NCBI GenBank assembly: GCA_034933525.1
Contig: JAYFNI010000002.1
Span: forward strand, 100,433 to 164,432
DNA: 64,000 nt
Direction: 5' to 3'
Origin: Candidatus Fimivivens sp.
GTDB taxonomy: Bacteria > Bacillota > Clostridia > Oscillospirales > Ruminococcaceae
A program made the position numbers and the translations under genes. A model generated the notes under the pieces. The model did no database searches. It had not been told where the DNA came from and saw only the letters and a program-made list of their open reading frames with translations. The stretch's first letter is position 1. Every line of letters starts with the position of its first letter. This document shows, in pieces, positions 20,357-28,290 of this stretch.

Positions 20357-21025
20357 TTATTCTTCAATGTCAGGCTTGATCTGATTGGCAAATGCTTCGC
20401 GGTTCATCAGCGTGATGCTGCCGCGATCAACGCGAATCAATCCGGCGGTTGAGAGCGCAGCTAGTTCTCTAAACAAGGCGGCGCGGCTCATGCCCAAAAG
20501 CTTGGCGAGCTGTTCCTTGGAGCAACCCAGCCGCACGGTGTTTTGCTGGTCGGCGTTGGTCAGCAGGTAATCTGCAAGCTTTGCACGGCCAGAATGCGCC
20601 GTAAGCAGCGCAATGCGCCGAATTAGAAAGCGAATTTTGCCATTTAATAGCGTCATATAGCGTGCGGCCAGCGCGGGGCTGACGCTAAGCATCTGTAAAA
20701 ACGCCTGCTTTGGCACAAAGACGATATCGGTGCGCTCTCGACAGATTAAATGGGTTTCAAGCTCGTTTTGGGTGAATAGATTGCTGATGCCAAATACCTC
20801 TCCTGCGCCGAGGCTTGAGAGGCTGACCTTGCTTTCCCCAGGCGATATGCCGAAAACGCCCACGCGGCCTTTGGCGATGATGCCAAGCACCGGTTCACCG
20901 TCGCGCGTGTCGTCAACGGGATCTCCGCGCTTAAAGCTCTGCACAGTCAGCGCGTCTTCATCAAATTCGCAGTCTGAAAACAGCGGACAGGCGTTGACGG
21001 CTGCCTTAATTTGGGCCTTTGTCAT
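20357..21025 (-). CDS. Crp/Fnr family transcriptional regulator
   Basis: cNMP-binding domain (GEVFG) and C-terminal HTH (LAKLLGMSRAALFRELAAL). Confidence 0.88.
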   Translation of the reverse strand: MTKAQIKAAVNACPLFSDCEFDEDALTVQSFKRGDPVDDTRDGEPVLGIIAKGRVGVFGISPGESKVSLSSLGAGEVFGISNLFTQNELETHLICRERTDIVFVPKQAFLQMLSVSPALAARYMTLLNGKIRFLIRRIALLTAHSGRAKLADYLLTNADQQNTVRLGCSKEQLAKLLGMSRAALFRELAALSTAGLIRVDRGSITLMNREAFANQIKPDIEE

Positions 21026-21151
21026 AATGGTTCCTCCTTGGATTGTGCCTTAAAGCGAATAGCCCACTTTTTAGCGCTACATCGTCAAGCGTGTTGGCAT
21101 ATTAGCCTTGAGCAGCACAATACTATCATATTTTTATGAGATGCGCAACAA

Positions 21152-21175
21152 AAACAGTATCATTTGAGACTGTTT
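21152..21175. promoter_or_regulatory. Near-perfect 24-bp palindrome, candidate operator
   Basis: aaacagtatca-tt-tgagactgttt, one mismatch, upstream of the Crp/Fnr gene. Confidence 0.45.
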
Positions 21176-21344
21176 ATGGCGTAGCTGTTATTAGTATTTA
21201 CAGCGAACGAGAAAAATTTTAAATGTTGCAATATTTTAAAAACAGAGTGATTCTTCCAAAACTGTTTTTCTTCTCCCTCCTGGGATTAAGTTCCCCTAAA
21301 CCAAATGCAAAAGGGTCGAAGCTGTTAGCCCCGACCCAAAGTTC

Positions 21345-22661
21345 TTATAATATATCCCGATATCTTTCAGCGGCGGCAACAAATGATCCCATCGCCCCAA
21401 ACAGCTCCGCACGAATATCGCGCAGGCTTTTTCCGACTAGTGCTTTATCACGCACCACGACTTTTCCCTGAGCCAGCACTGTTTGCACATTGGCGGCATT
21501 CGCCGAATAGACCAGCGCTGAAAACGGGTCAAAAACCGGGAACATATTGACCGACTCGGTTTCAACCAGCACAAGATCCGCCTGCATACCGGGGGCGAGC
21601 TGCCCATATTCCCGCTCGCCGTGCAGCGCCTGTGCGCCCCCAACAGTCGCAAGGTGCACAATCTCCTTGGCAGGGAACAGCCCGCGGTCGTGGTTGGCAG
21701 TCTTGTGGCAGTTGGCGAACAATCGCATCTGGTCAAACATGCTCAGTGTGTTGCCAGAGGATGCGCCATCGGTACCCAGTCCCACTGAAATGCCGCGCCG
21801 AAGCATGCCCTTGATTGGCGCAATTCCCTTTCCAGCTTTGGTGTTGCTGGCGATACAGTGCGCCACCGAAGCGCCGCTGACAGAAATCAAATCAAGATCG
21901 CGGTCATTCGCGTGGATGCTGTGCGCCAGCAAGGTATGCTGATCCAGTGCGCCGATTTCATCCAGAAAGGCGGTTGGAGTAATGCCCCGCTCGGCAAAGT
22001 GTGCCATTTCATAGTCCATCTCAGAGGCGTGCAGCGTGAACAGTGTGTCGTATTCGACGGCGAGCGCGTGCGCCTTTTTCAGCGCCGCTTCGTCACAGGT
22101 TGTTGTGCCGTGTGGCGCGATAATGGGATGAATCCGGCTGCTGCTGCGGTACTTTTCCAGAAAACGCCGCTGATACTCAAAGGCGCCGTAGGGGGCCGCA
22201 CTTACGCAGGTGGGCTGACCGATGACCGTTTCGCCAAGATAGCCGCGGATACCCATTTCTTCGCAGGCACGCGCTACCTCGTCCTCAAAATAGTACATGT
22301 CCAGAAAGGTGGTCGTGCCTGAGAGCAGCATCTCGCAGATGCCATATTTCGCCGCGAGATAGACAAGCTGCGGCGTCATGGCTTCATTTTCGAGCGGGAA
22401 GAGAAAACGCCGCAAGCGGTCGGGGCAGTCATCCCCCAGCGACCGAAACGGAATCATCGAAACATGGCAGTGGGTGTTGACAAAGCCCGGCAGCAGAATG
22501 CCGCCCGCGCCGTCGATATGTTCGGCATAGTCTCCTGCAAAGGTTCCGCTACCCAGCGCCGCAATTTTGTCGCCGTCGGTCAGCAGATACCCATTTTGAT
22601 AAACCGTGTTGTTGTCATCCATCGTCAAGACGGTGACGTTGTCAATTAAAATACGGCTCAT
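21345..22661 (-). CDS. Amidohydrolase (MTA/SAH deaminase-AtzA family)
   Basis: PGFVNTHCH, HASE, LGTDG motifs; start ATG at 22661 after AGAGGA. Confidence 0.88.
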   Translation of the reverse strand: MSRILIDNVTVLTMDDNNTVYQNGYLLTDGDKIAALGSGTFAGDYAEHIDGAGGILLPGFVNTHCHVSMIPFRSLGDDCPDRLRRFLFPLENEAMTPQLVYLAAKYGICEMLLSGTTTFLDMYYFEDEVARACEEMGIRGYLGETVIGQPTCVSAAPYGAFEYQRRFLEKYRSSSRIHPIIAPHGTTTCDEAALKKAHALAVEYDTLFTLHASEMDYEMAHFAERGITPTAFLDEIGALDQHTLLAHSIHANDRDLDLISVSGASVAHCIASNTKAGKGIAPIKGMLRRGISVGLGTDGASSGNTLSMFDQMRLFANCHKTANHDRGLFPAKEIVHLATVGGAQALHGEREYGQLAPGMQADLVLVETESVNMFPVFDPFSALVYSANAANVQTVLAQGKVVVRDKALVGKSLRDIRAELFGAMGSFVAAAERYRDIL

Positions 22662-22674
22662 GGTTTTATTCCTC

Positions 22675-23997
22675 TTAATTTTCGTTTTCGCCAATTAGAT
22701 CGAACACGATGGCACAGAAGATTTTAACACTTTTAGAAAGTACCGCCTCGTCAAAATCGAACTGCACCGTGTGCTGCGGCGAGGGCATAGGGGTCATGGC
22801 GCGCATATAGGTCGCCTGTCCGCCGCGAGATTGCACGCGGTTCATCATGATTGAAATATCCTCGCTGCCCCAGTTTTGCGCGTTCTCGCAACTGCTAACC
22901 TTTAAATCGGGCAGATGATGGCGCACCAGTGCTGCGATGCGTTCAATAAACGCCAGATCACTTTGTTGGCCCTGCGCTTCGCCCATCTTGACCATCTCAC
23001 AGGTGCAGCCCTGCATCATCGCTGCGCCGTTGCAGGCATTCACCGCCATTTCGGCCATGTAGGCGTTGATCTCGGTTGTTTCACCGCGTACCTCAAGCTG
23101 CATGTGGGCGGTGTCGGCGATGACGTTGCGCCCCGTTCCGGCGTGCAGCGTGCCGACATTGACGCGGCTTTGCCCGCCGCTGTGCCGCGGGATGGCCTGA
23201 AGCGCCATGACAGCCGCGGCTGCCGCCACCAGCGCGTTTTTGCCCTGCTCGGGGAAGCCGCCCGCGTGCGACGCCCGCCCTTTAAAGGTTACGTCATATT
23301 TCGTCGTGGCAAGGGAACCGTAAGTACCCGGGGTCACGTCGCCGTCGTCGGGGCCGTTATCCGGCGCAATGTGCGAACCGGCGAAGAAATCGACGTCGTC
23401 AAGAAGGCCGTTTGCCACCATAGCAGCCGCACCGCGCGCGCCCTCCTCGCCCGGCTGGAACAAAAGCTTCACCGTGCCGTGCAGCGTGTCTTTAAGCTGC
23501 ATGAGTACCTCGGCAACGCCAAGCCCGATGGCTGCGTGCCCGTCATGCCCACAGGCGTGCATACTGCCCGCATTTTGGCTGGCGAATCCCTCACGGGTCG
23601 GGCGGTGCGTGTCCTCGGGGCACTCCATCATACCCAGTGCATCAATATCAAAGCGAAGCCCGACCACCGGCCCCGCGCCGCAGCGCAGAATGCCGACCAC
23701 GCCGGTGTAGCCCGCCTTCATGTCATCGGTCAAAAAGGCTGCGGGTGCGCCCTGATCCAGCACCTTTTCGGCGTGTTTGCGCAGCTCGGCATCATCCGGC
23801 AGACCCATTCGCGTGCCCTCTCGGCAGACCTGTTTTCCAGTGAGTACCTCATAACCCAATTCGGTCAGTCGCTGCGCGATGATGGCGCTGGTGCGCATCT
23901 CAAGCCAGCCTGTCTCGGGGTAACGGTGAAAATCTCGCCGGTAGGCGGTCAGTTTATCGTTTAAAGCATCAGCAAGCGTCATAATTTGCTCGTACAT
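22675..23997 (-). CDS. M20D amidohydrolase, AbgA-like
   Basis: RRDFHRYPETG, RFDIDAL, MHACGHDGH, FQPGEEG, GSED motifs. Confidence 0.85.
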   Translation of the reverse strand: MYEQIMTLADALNDKLTAYRRDFHRYPETGWLEMRTSAIIAQRLTELGYEVLTGKQVCREGTRMGLPDDAELRKHAEKVLDQGAPAAFLTDDMKAGYTGVVGILRCGAGPVVGLRFDIDALGMMECPEDTHRPTREGFASQNAGSMHACGHDGHAAIGLGVAEVLMQLKDTLHGTVKLLFQPGEEGARGAAAMVANGLLDDVDFFAGSHIAPDNGPDDGDVTPGTYGSLATTKYDVTFKGRASHAGGFPEQGKNALVAAAAAVMALQAIPRHSGGQSRVNVGTLHAGTGRNVIADTAHMQLEVRGETTEINAYMAEMAVNACNGAAMMQGCTCEMVKMGEAQGQQSDLAFIERIAALVRHHLPDLKVSSCENAQNWGSEDISIMMNRVQSRGGQATYMRAMTPMPSPQHTVQFDFDEAVLSKSVKIFCAIVFDLIGENEN

Positions 23998-24054
23998 AAC
24001 AGCCCTCTTTTTGTCGAAAAAATTTTGAAATGTTCGAAAATATATTATACCATA

Positions 24055-24114
24055 AAAAAGTTCAAAATGCTATCCCCGGAAATGCCCGTGTTTACTGGAT
24101 TCTTTGAACTTTTT
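24055..24114. repeat. 12-bp inverted repeat at the prophage left junction (candidate att region)
   Basis: aaaaagttcaaa (24055-66) / tttgaacttttt (24103-14), 36-nt spacer, between the last host gene and the endolysin. Confidence 0.4.
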
Positions 24115-24171
24115 GACCCGTCGAAAACGGGTTAGAACCCTGTCGTTAGTAACATGATAGTAACACGCTTT

Positions 24172-25677
24172 TTACTTCAAAAGAGCGTTTACCCTTGCTT
24201 GAATCTCGCTGTAATTATACCCTGCGGCGGTCAATTTGTCTTTACGGGTTTGACCGTTTCCCCATTTACCCGCAATCACTTCTTTTGCGATTTCGTCAAT
24301 GGATTTCTGCGGGGTTTTGGGTACTTCCGCAACAGTCCCTTGAATCGTGCAATAGGACGGATTTTCAAGATAAATCCAACCAACACCGCTTTTCAGTCTA
24401 CCCCAACCATTGTTTACTTCAAGGATAGTGAAAACGCCTTTCCCGGTCTGTCCTTTGACCGCGCCGCTCATGGATGGTTCAGCCCGATAATTTAGGTCAG
24501 GAATGATAACCTGAACGGTGAAAGGAACAGACGGGAATTTTGACGCGGGGGTTTGTTCTGCGAATTTGTCAAAGTAAGTTTGCCCGTACCCGGCGCGTTT
24601 AACCTTGACTTCCTCGCCCATGTTGGCGGGACGTTCATATTCGCAAAGCACCACGTCGGACGCTTCACGAACGGACGTTGCGGTTTGCAGGGTCTTCATG
24701 ACGTTCGTGTAACCCTGCAATTCTTTCCAAAGGAAATTCAACTGCATGGACAGGTCACCAATCGACGCACCCGCCGCCTTTGCGAAATCAAGAAGGGCTT
24801 GCTTCCTGCTCCAAAAAGTCCATTGTGCCAAGCCATAACCCGCCGAATCCTTGACAAAATTATTATATGCCCCTTTGTCAACTGCGGCGGTATATTCTGC
24901 GTCATTCATCCCAAGTGATTTTTCATAGGTATTTTGCAGATTGTCCGGGCGTAAACCGCTTTCAGCGTACAAGTTACCCATGACCCCCGCAACAGCGCAA
25001 GCAGAAAGCCCCTTACCCGTCAGGAACGCCCAAATGCGCCCGTCTGCATCATCAGTAGGGGTAACCGTACCCCCGCCATCAGAAACGCCGCCTGACGCGT
25101 TCCCTGCGCCTATCAGCGCGGTTTTTACATCCTGCCTGAATTGATTCATGGTCAATCCAAACTTCGACCAAATATGTTCAACGTCGGCATGATTGGAAGC
25201 AATTCCGCGTTTACACCCTTCCGAATGGCTGATGATAACACCGTCAGCCAACGGGTCAAGTTTGAATTCGCCACAAAGGAACGCGAACAATTCAACCGCC
25301 GTTTTATATGTCCTCATGACAACGGTTTTGGTACTCGCCGGGTTATTGTCCACCCACGACGCGCCGCCTGTGTAGGTGATTGTTGCGGGTTCGCACATTT
25401 CAACGCCGATATGGGTATTGTTGCCGCTTCCATTCGCACCGCTTGCACAATGCCACCCGCGCCAATTCCACGGCAAAGTTTGAAATACATCGCCTGTGTT
25501 CCCGTCAATGAAGCCGTGAACAGCCTTTTCAACGCCTGATTTATTCCAACTGTTTACAAAGACTTCCGCTTTCGGTTGAGAACACCCCACCGAATGAAGC
25601 ATTAAGCCTTTGACGCTGATTTGACGATTTGCTTTGTAGCAATCGTTATTTTTCAGCAAACTTTCAATGATTTTCAT
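24172..25677 (-). CDS. Endolysin: amidase_2 + phage tail lysozyme-like + SH3-like + Cpl-7-type repeat
   Basis: LMLHSVG...HIGVEMCE...SH..H.D amidase; GVMGNLYAESG...YGLAQWT lysozyme; IAKEVIAGKWGNG Cpl-7-like end. Confidence 0.88.
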   Translation of the reverse strand: MKIIESLLKNNDCYKANRQISVKGLMLHSVGCSQPKAEVFVNSWNKSGVEKAVHGFIDGNTGDVFQTLPWNWRGWHCASGANGSGNNTHIGVEMCEPATITYTGGASWVDNNPASTKTVVMRTYKTAVELFAFLCGEFKLDPLADGVIISHSEGCKRGIASNHADVEHIWSKFGLTMNQFRQDVKTALIGAGNASGGVSDGGGTVTPTDDADGRIWAFLTGKGLSACAVAGVMGNLYAESGLRPDNLQNTYEKSLGMNDAEYTAAVDKGAYNNFVKDSAGYGLAQWTFWSRKQALLDFAKAAGASIGDLSMQLNFLWKELQGYTNVMKTLQTATSVREASDVVLCEYERPANMGEEVKVKRAGYGQTYFDKFAEQTPASKFPSVPFTVQVIIPDLNYRAEPSMSGAVKGQTGKGVFTILEVNNGWGRLKSGVGWIYLENPSYCTIQGTVAEVPKTPQKSIDEIAKEVIAGKWGNGQTRKDKLTAAGYNYSEIQARVNALLK

Positions 25678-25680
25678 AGT

Positions 25681-25872
25681 TTATTTACCCCCTGAATTCT
25701 GTTCGTGCTGTGTGCCAAAGTAAAAACCGATAACCATTGTCACGATGGTCATTGCGGTTTCGGCTGAAATGCTTCCCCTGACCGCAAGGTAAACAAAAAC
25801 AAAAGTGACCGCAAAGGTCACTAAAGTTTTCACATTTATCAGATTGGTCAGCTTTTCAATTAACTTGTTCAC
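25681..25872 (-). CDS. Holin
   Basis: 63 aa, two TM segments, ends IGFYFGTQ; immediately upstream of the endolysin. Confidence 0.75.
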   Translation of the reverse strand: MNKLIEKLTNLINVKTLVTFAVTFVFVYLAVRGSISAETAMTIVTMVIGFYFGTQHEQNSGGK

Positions 25873-26180
25873 GGTGTAAGCCCCCTTTCTAATGCTTCCA
25901 ACGCTTCAATTCTCTTGTAAAGCGTTTTAGTGTGCTGTTCTTCAACAATCAGCCTGTCGCGCAAGTCTTGAACATCCCTGTGCATTACGTTCATTTCTGT
26001 TTTGATTTCAGTGATTCCGTCCTTGATGGTTTCCAATTTGACGATTACGGCGGTCATTTGGCTTGCTTCGTCAGCCGTATCCTTTTTGGCGTTGCGCTTC
26101 ATGTTGGAAAGCCCTGAATAGATTCCAAATGCTAACGACACACCCGAAATCAAAAGGGCAATTTCAATCGTCATAGACAT
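25869..26180 (-). CDS. Lysis-module membrane/coiled-coil protein (holin-associated)
   Basis: N-terminal TM plus coiled coil; position in the lysis cassette. Confidence 0.6.
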   Translation of the reverse strand: MSMTIEIALLISGVSLAFGIYSGLSNMKRNAKKDTADEASQMTAVIVKLETIKDGITEIKTEMNVMHRDVQDLRDRLIVEEQHTKTLYKRIEALEALERGLTP

Positions 26181-26198
26181 ATCCCCTTCCTTAAATAG

Positions 26199-26240
26199 AA
26201 ACCCCGCCATAACTCACATAACGTGTTTATGGCGGGGTTT
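26199..26240. terminator. Strong hairpin between tail and lysis modules
   Basis: 14-bp stem aaaccccgccataa/ttatggcggggttt. Confidence 0.65.
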
Positions 26241-26283
26241 TTCTTCGGGGGTATGTCTTTATACCCCCTGATGATTTCAAGTG

Positions 26284-26412
26284 CTATTCTGTTGCTAAAT
26301 CGCCACAATCAAGGTCAATTAAAACTTCTCTTACCTGTTCCTTGATTAAAGCGGGAACATTGCTGAACGTCTTCTTGCCCTTGACAATCAGCGTCGCGTA
26401 AACAATTGCCAT
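26284..26412 (-). CDS. CD1375/XkdX-like small phage protein (42 aa)
   Basis: MAIVYATLIVKGKKTFSNVP...; ATG at 26412 after GGAAAGGA. Confidence 0.65.
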   Translation of the reverse strand: MAIVYATLIVKGKKTFSNVPALIKEQVREVLIDLDCGDLATE

Positions 26413-26462
26413 TTCTTTCACATCCTTTCCAAATAGAATTTTTAGGATTAGATTGAACAACA

Positions 26463-26570
26463 TCAATCATCACCGTCCAACAAAGCCTGAACCGTTGTTT
26501 TCAGGCTTTCAGGCACATCAGAAAGGGTTTTCAAACCTTTTCTGATGAGGTCAGCGTATACTTTCGCCAT
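26463..26570 (-). CDS. Second CD1375/XkdX-like microprotein (35 aa; not in the ORF track)
   Basis: Manual translation MAKVYADLIRKGLKTLSDVPESLKTTVQALLDGDD; RBS aaaggggtg; similar to the neighbouring gene. Confidence 0.65.
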   Translation of the reverse strand: MAKVYADLIRKGLKTLSDVPESLKTTVQALLDGDD

Positions 26571-26585
26571 ATTCGCACCCCTTTC

Positions 26586-26852
26586 TTATATCATCATTTC
26601 ATAGACTTCGACTAACGCAAGCTGTGTGTCGGTCAACTGCTGTTCGACAAGGGCGGTTTTCGCGTCCATCATGCGAATATATTCATCCTTGTCATACTGA
26701 ACCATGTCAAATTCAAACCCGTTGAACTCGCGTTCGCCGTCCGGGTCTGTTTCCACAATGGGCGTAATGTTGGAACAAACCCAAACGCTGAATTCATCAA
26801 TTTTCAGCGGTTCAGGCTTGACCGTGCTTCTCGTTCTGCCGTAATCAATCAT
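26586..26852 (-). CDS. Hypothetical phage protein (XkdW-like position), coupled to RT
   Basis: 88 aa; ATGA overlap with the RT stop. Confidence 0.6.
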   Translation of the reverse strand: MIDYGRTRSTVKPEPLKIDEFSVWVCSNITPIVETDPDGEREFNGFEFDMVQYDKDEYIRMMDAKTALVEQQLTDTQLALVEVYEMMI

Positions 26853-27901
26853 TTTCGTTTCACCCTTTCCTTGTAATATTGGTCTGCCGCGTCTCGAATC
26901 GGCGCAATGTATTTTTCCGAAAGGCGATGACTGTCACAATGACACAACCAACCCTTGTATGAATTGATAGCGCACCATTCGGAAAAAGTCATTTCCTTTC
27001 CCGCTGTCACCTTCTTTCTGATATTCACCATTTTCACTTTGAACTGTTTGCACGTTGATTTTCTCAACAGCGTATAGTTCAGGAACGTTCGATAACCGAC
27101 AAAATCAACGCCCCGAACGTAAGTAGGGAAGACTTGCCAGTTGTCTTTGATGGTCAATTTTAGGTTTACACGGAAATATTCATCAATTTCTTTCCGCAAG
27201 GCGTGAAGTTCAGCTTTGGAACTTGCGAAAATTACAATGTCATCCATGTACCTGAAATAATGCTTTATACGCTTGACTTCTTTAATCCAATGGTCAAAAT
27301 CGGATAAGTAGAAGTTCCCGGCGTACTGTGAAAAATAATTGCCTATGGGAATGCCTTTTTCGCCTTGTGTCGAATCAATAATTTCGTCCAACAGCCAAAG
27401 CAAATTATCATCTTTGAACAACCGTCTAAACTTTCGTTTCAAAACATCATGGTCAATGGACGGATAATACTTCTTTACGTCCAATTTTAGGCAGTATTGA
27501 CAACCCATAACGTCAGTTTGGACGGCGCATTTTAACTTGCGGAATGCCGCATGAATACCCCTTCCGGGAATAGCTGAATAGGTGTCAGCTGTCAGATTTT
27601 TAATTAAGAACGGTTCAATCACCTGTAAAATCGCCCATTGACAAACACGGTCAGGAAAATAGGGCAGTTTGAAAATCTCACGGGTTTTCGTTCCGTCCGT
27701 TTTCATGAAAGTCGTGTATTCCGACGTGTCATAGGTCTTGTTTATCAACATATTTTGAAGCGCGGTCAAATACCGTTCTTCATCGGCGTTCACGGCTTTT
27801 ACTTCTTCATACCAACCTTTTCCCTTTCTTGCGTTCGTGTGTGCCAATTTCAGATTTTCCATGTCATAAATCCGTTCATATAAATGCCCGTATCTAATCA
27901 C
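26849..27901 (-). CDS. DGR reverse transcriptase
   Basis: LKLDVKKYYPSI, GIPIGNYFSQ (DGR-type SQ), YFRYMDD; 350 aa with no maturase or endonuclease domain; adjacent TR. Confidence 0.95.
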   Translation of the reverse strand: MIRYGHLYERIYDMENLKLAHTNARKGKGWYEEVKAVNADEERYLTALQNMLINKTYDTSEYTTFMKTDGTKTREIFKLPYFPDRVCQWAILQVIEPFLIKNLTADTYSAIPGRGIHAAFRKLKCAVQTDVMGCQYCLKLDVKKYYPSIDHDVLKRKFRRLFKDDNLLWLLDEIIDSTQGEKGIPIGNYFSQYAGNFYLSDFDHWIKEVKRIKHYFRYMDDIVIFASSKAELHALRKEIDEYFRVNLKLTIKDNWQVFPTYVRGVDFVGYRTFLNYTLLRKSTCKQFKVKMVNIRKKVTAGKEMTFSEWCAINSYKGWLCHCDSHRLSEKYIAPIRDAADQYYKERVKRK

Positions 27902-28037
27902 GAAAAAACCTTCCTGTGTATGCAGTTTGTGACCGAACTTTCAACCTTTGAAATTAACTTTTCAAAGTCTACCAGTACAGTTTCAAATTCTTATTATGTT
28001 TTGCCATGTGGCAGGGTAAACAACACCGCGATATATT

Positions 28038-28071
28038 GAAACGGGCGGGGTATGATTTTCCCGCCCGTTTC
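28038..28071 (-). other. GC-rich hairpin immediately 3' of TR
   Basis: 12-bp perfect stem gaaacgggcggg/cccgcccgtttc, 10-nt loop. Confidence 0.75.
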
Positions 28072-28074
28072 TTG

Positions 28075-28201
28075 CATTTACTAACCGCCTGCTGATATTC
28101 CGATTACGATTCCCGACCGTATTATTCACATTCCAATAGAACTCACTCGCATTAGAACCATTATTCCAATTCGCACCTAACAGGGTAATTAAGAAACTAC
28201 C
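28075..28201 (-). repeat. DGR template repeat (TR)
   Basis: 127-nt gapless alignment to VR; 36 adenines including 11 AAT triplets; all 25 mismatches at TR adenines. Confidence 0.96.
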
Positions 28202-28290
28202 TTTTTTATAGGCACTTGATGGTTTTTCATGCGCGTGTGAATCGCGAATCAGCAGATGTTTGTTTACCCAAGTTCAAAGTGTTCATTTTT

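Noticed and set aside
22915-23964. 349-aa plus-strand ORF, and similar antisense ORFs across the window
   Set aside because: Lies wholly antisense to a motif-supported gene; expected shadow of GC-rich codon usage.
26849-27901. RT as a group II intron, retron or Abi RT
   Set aside because: No maturase or endonuclease domain and no intron ends; the SQ motif and an adenine-specific TR/VR pair identify a DGR.
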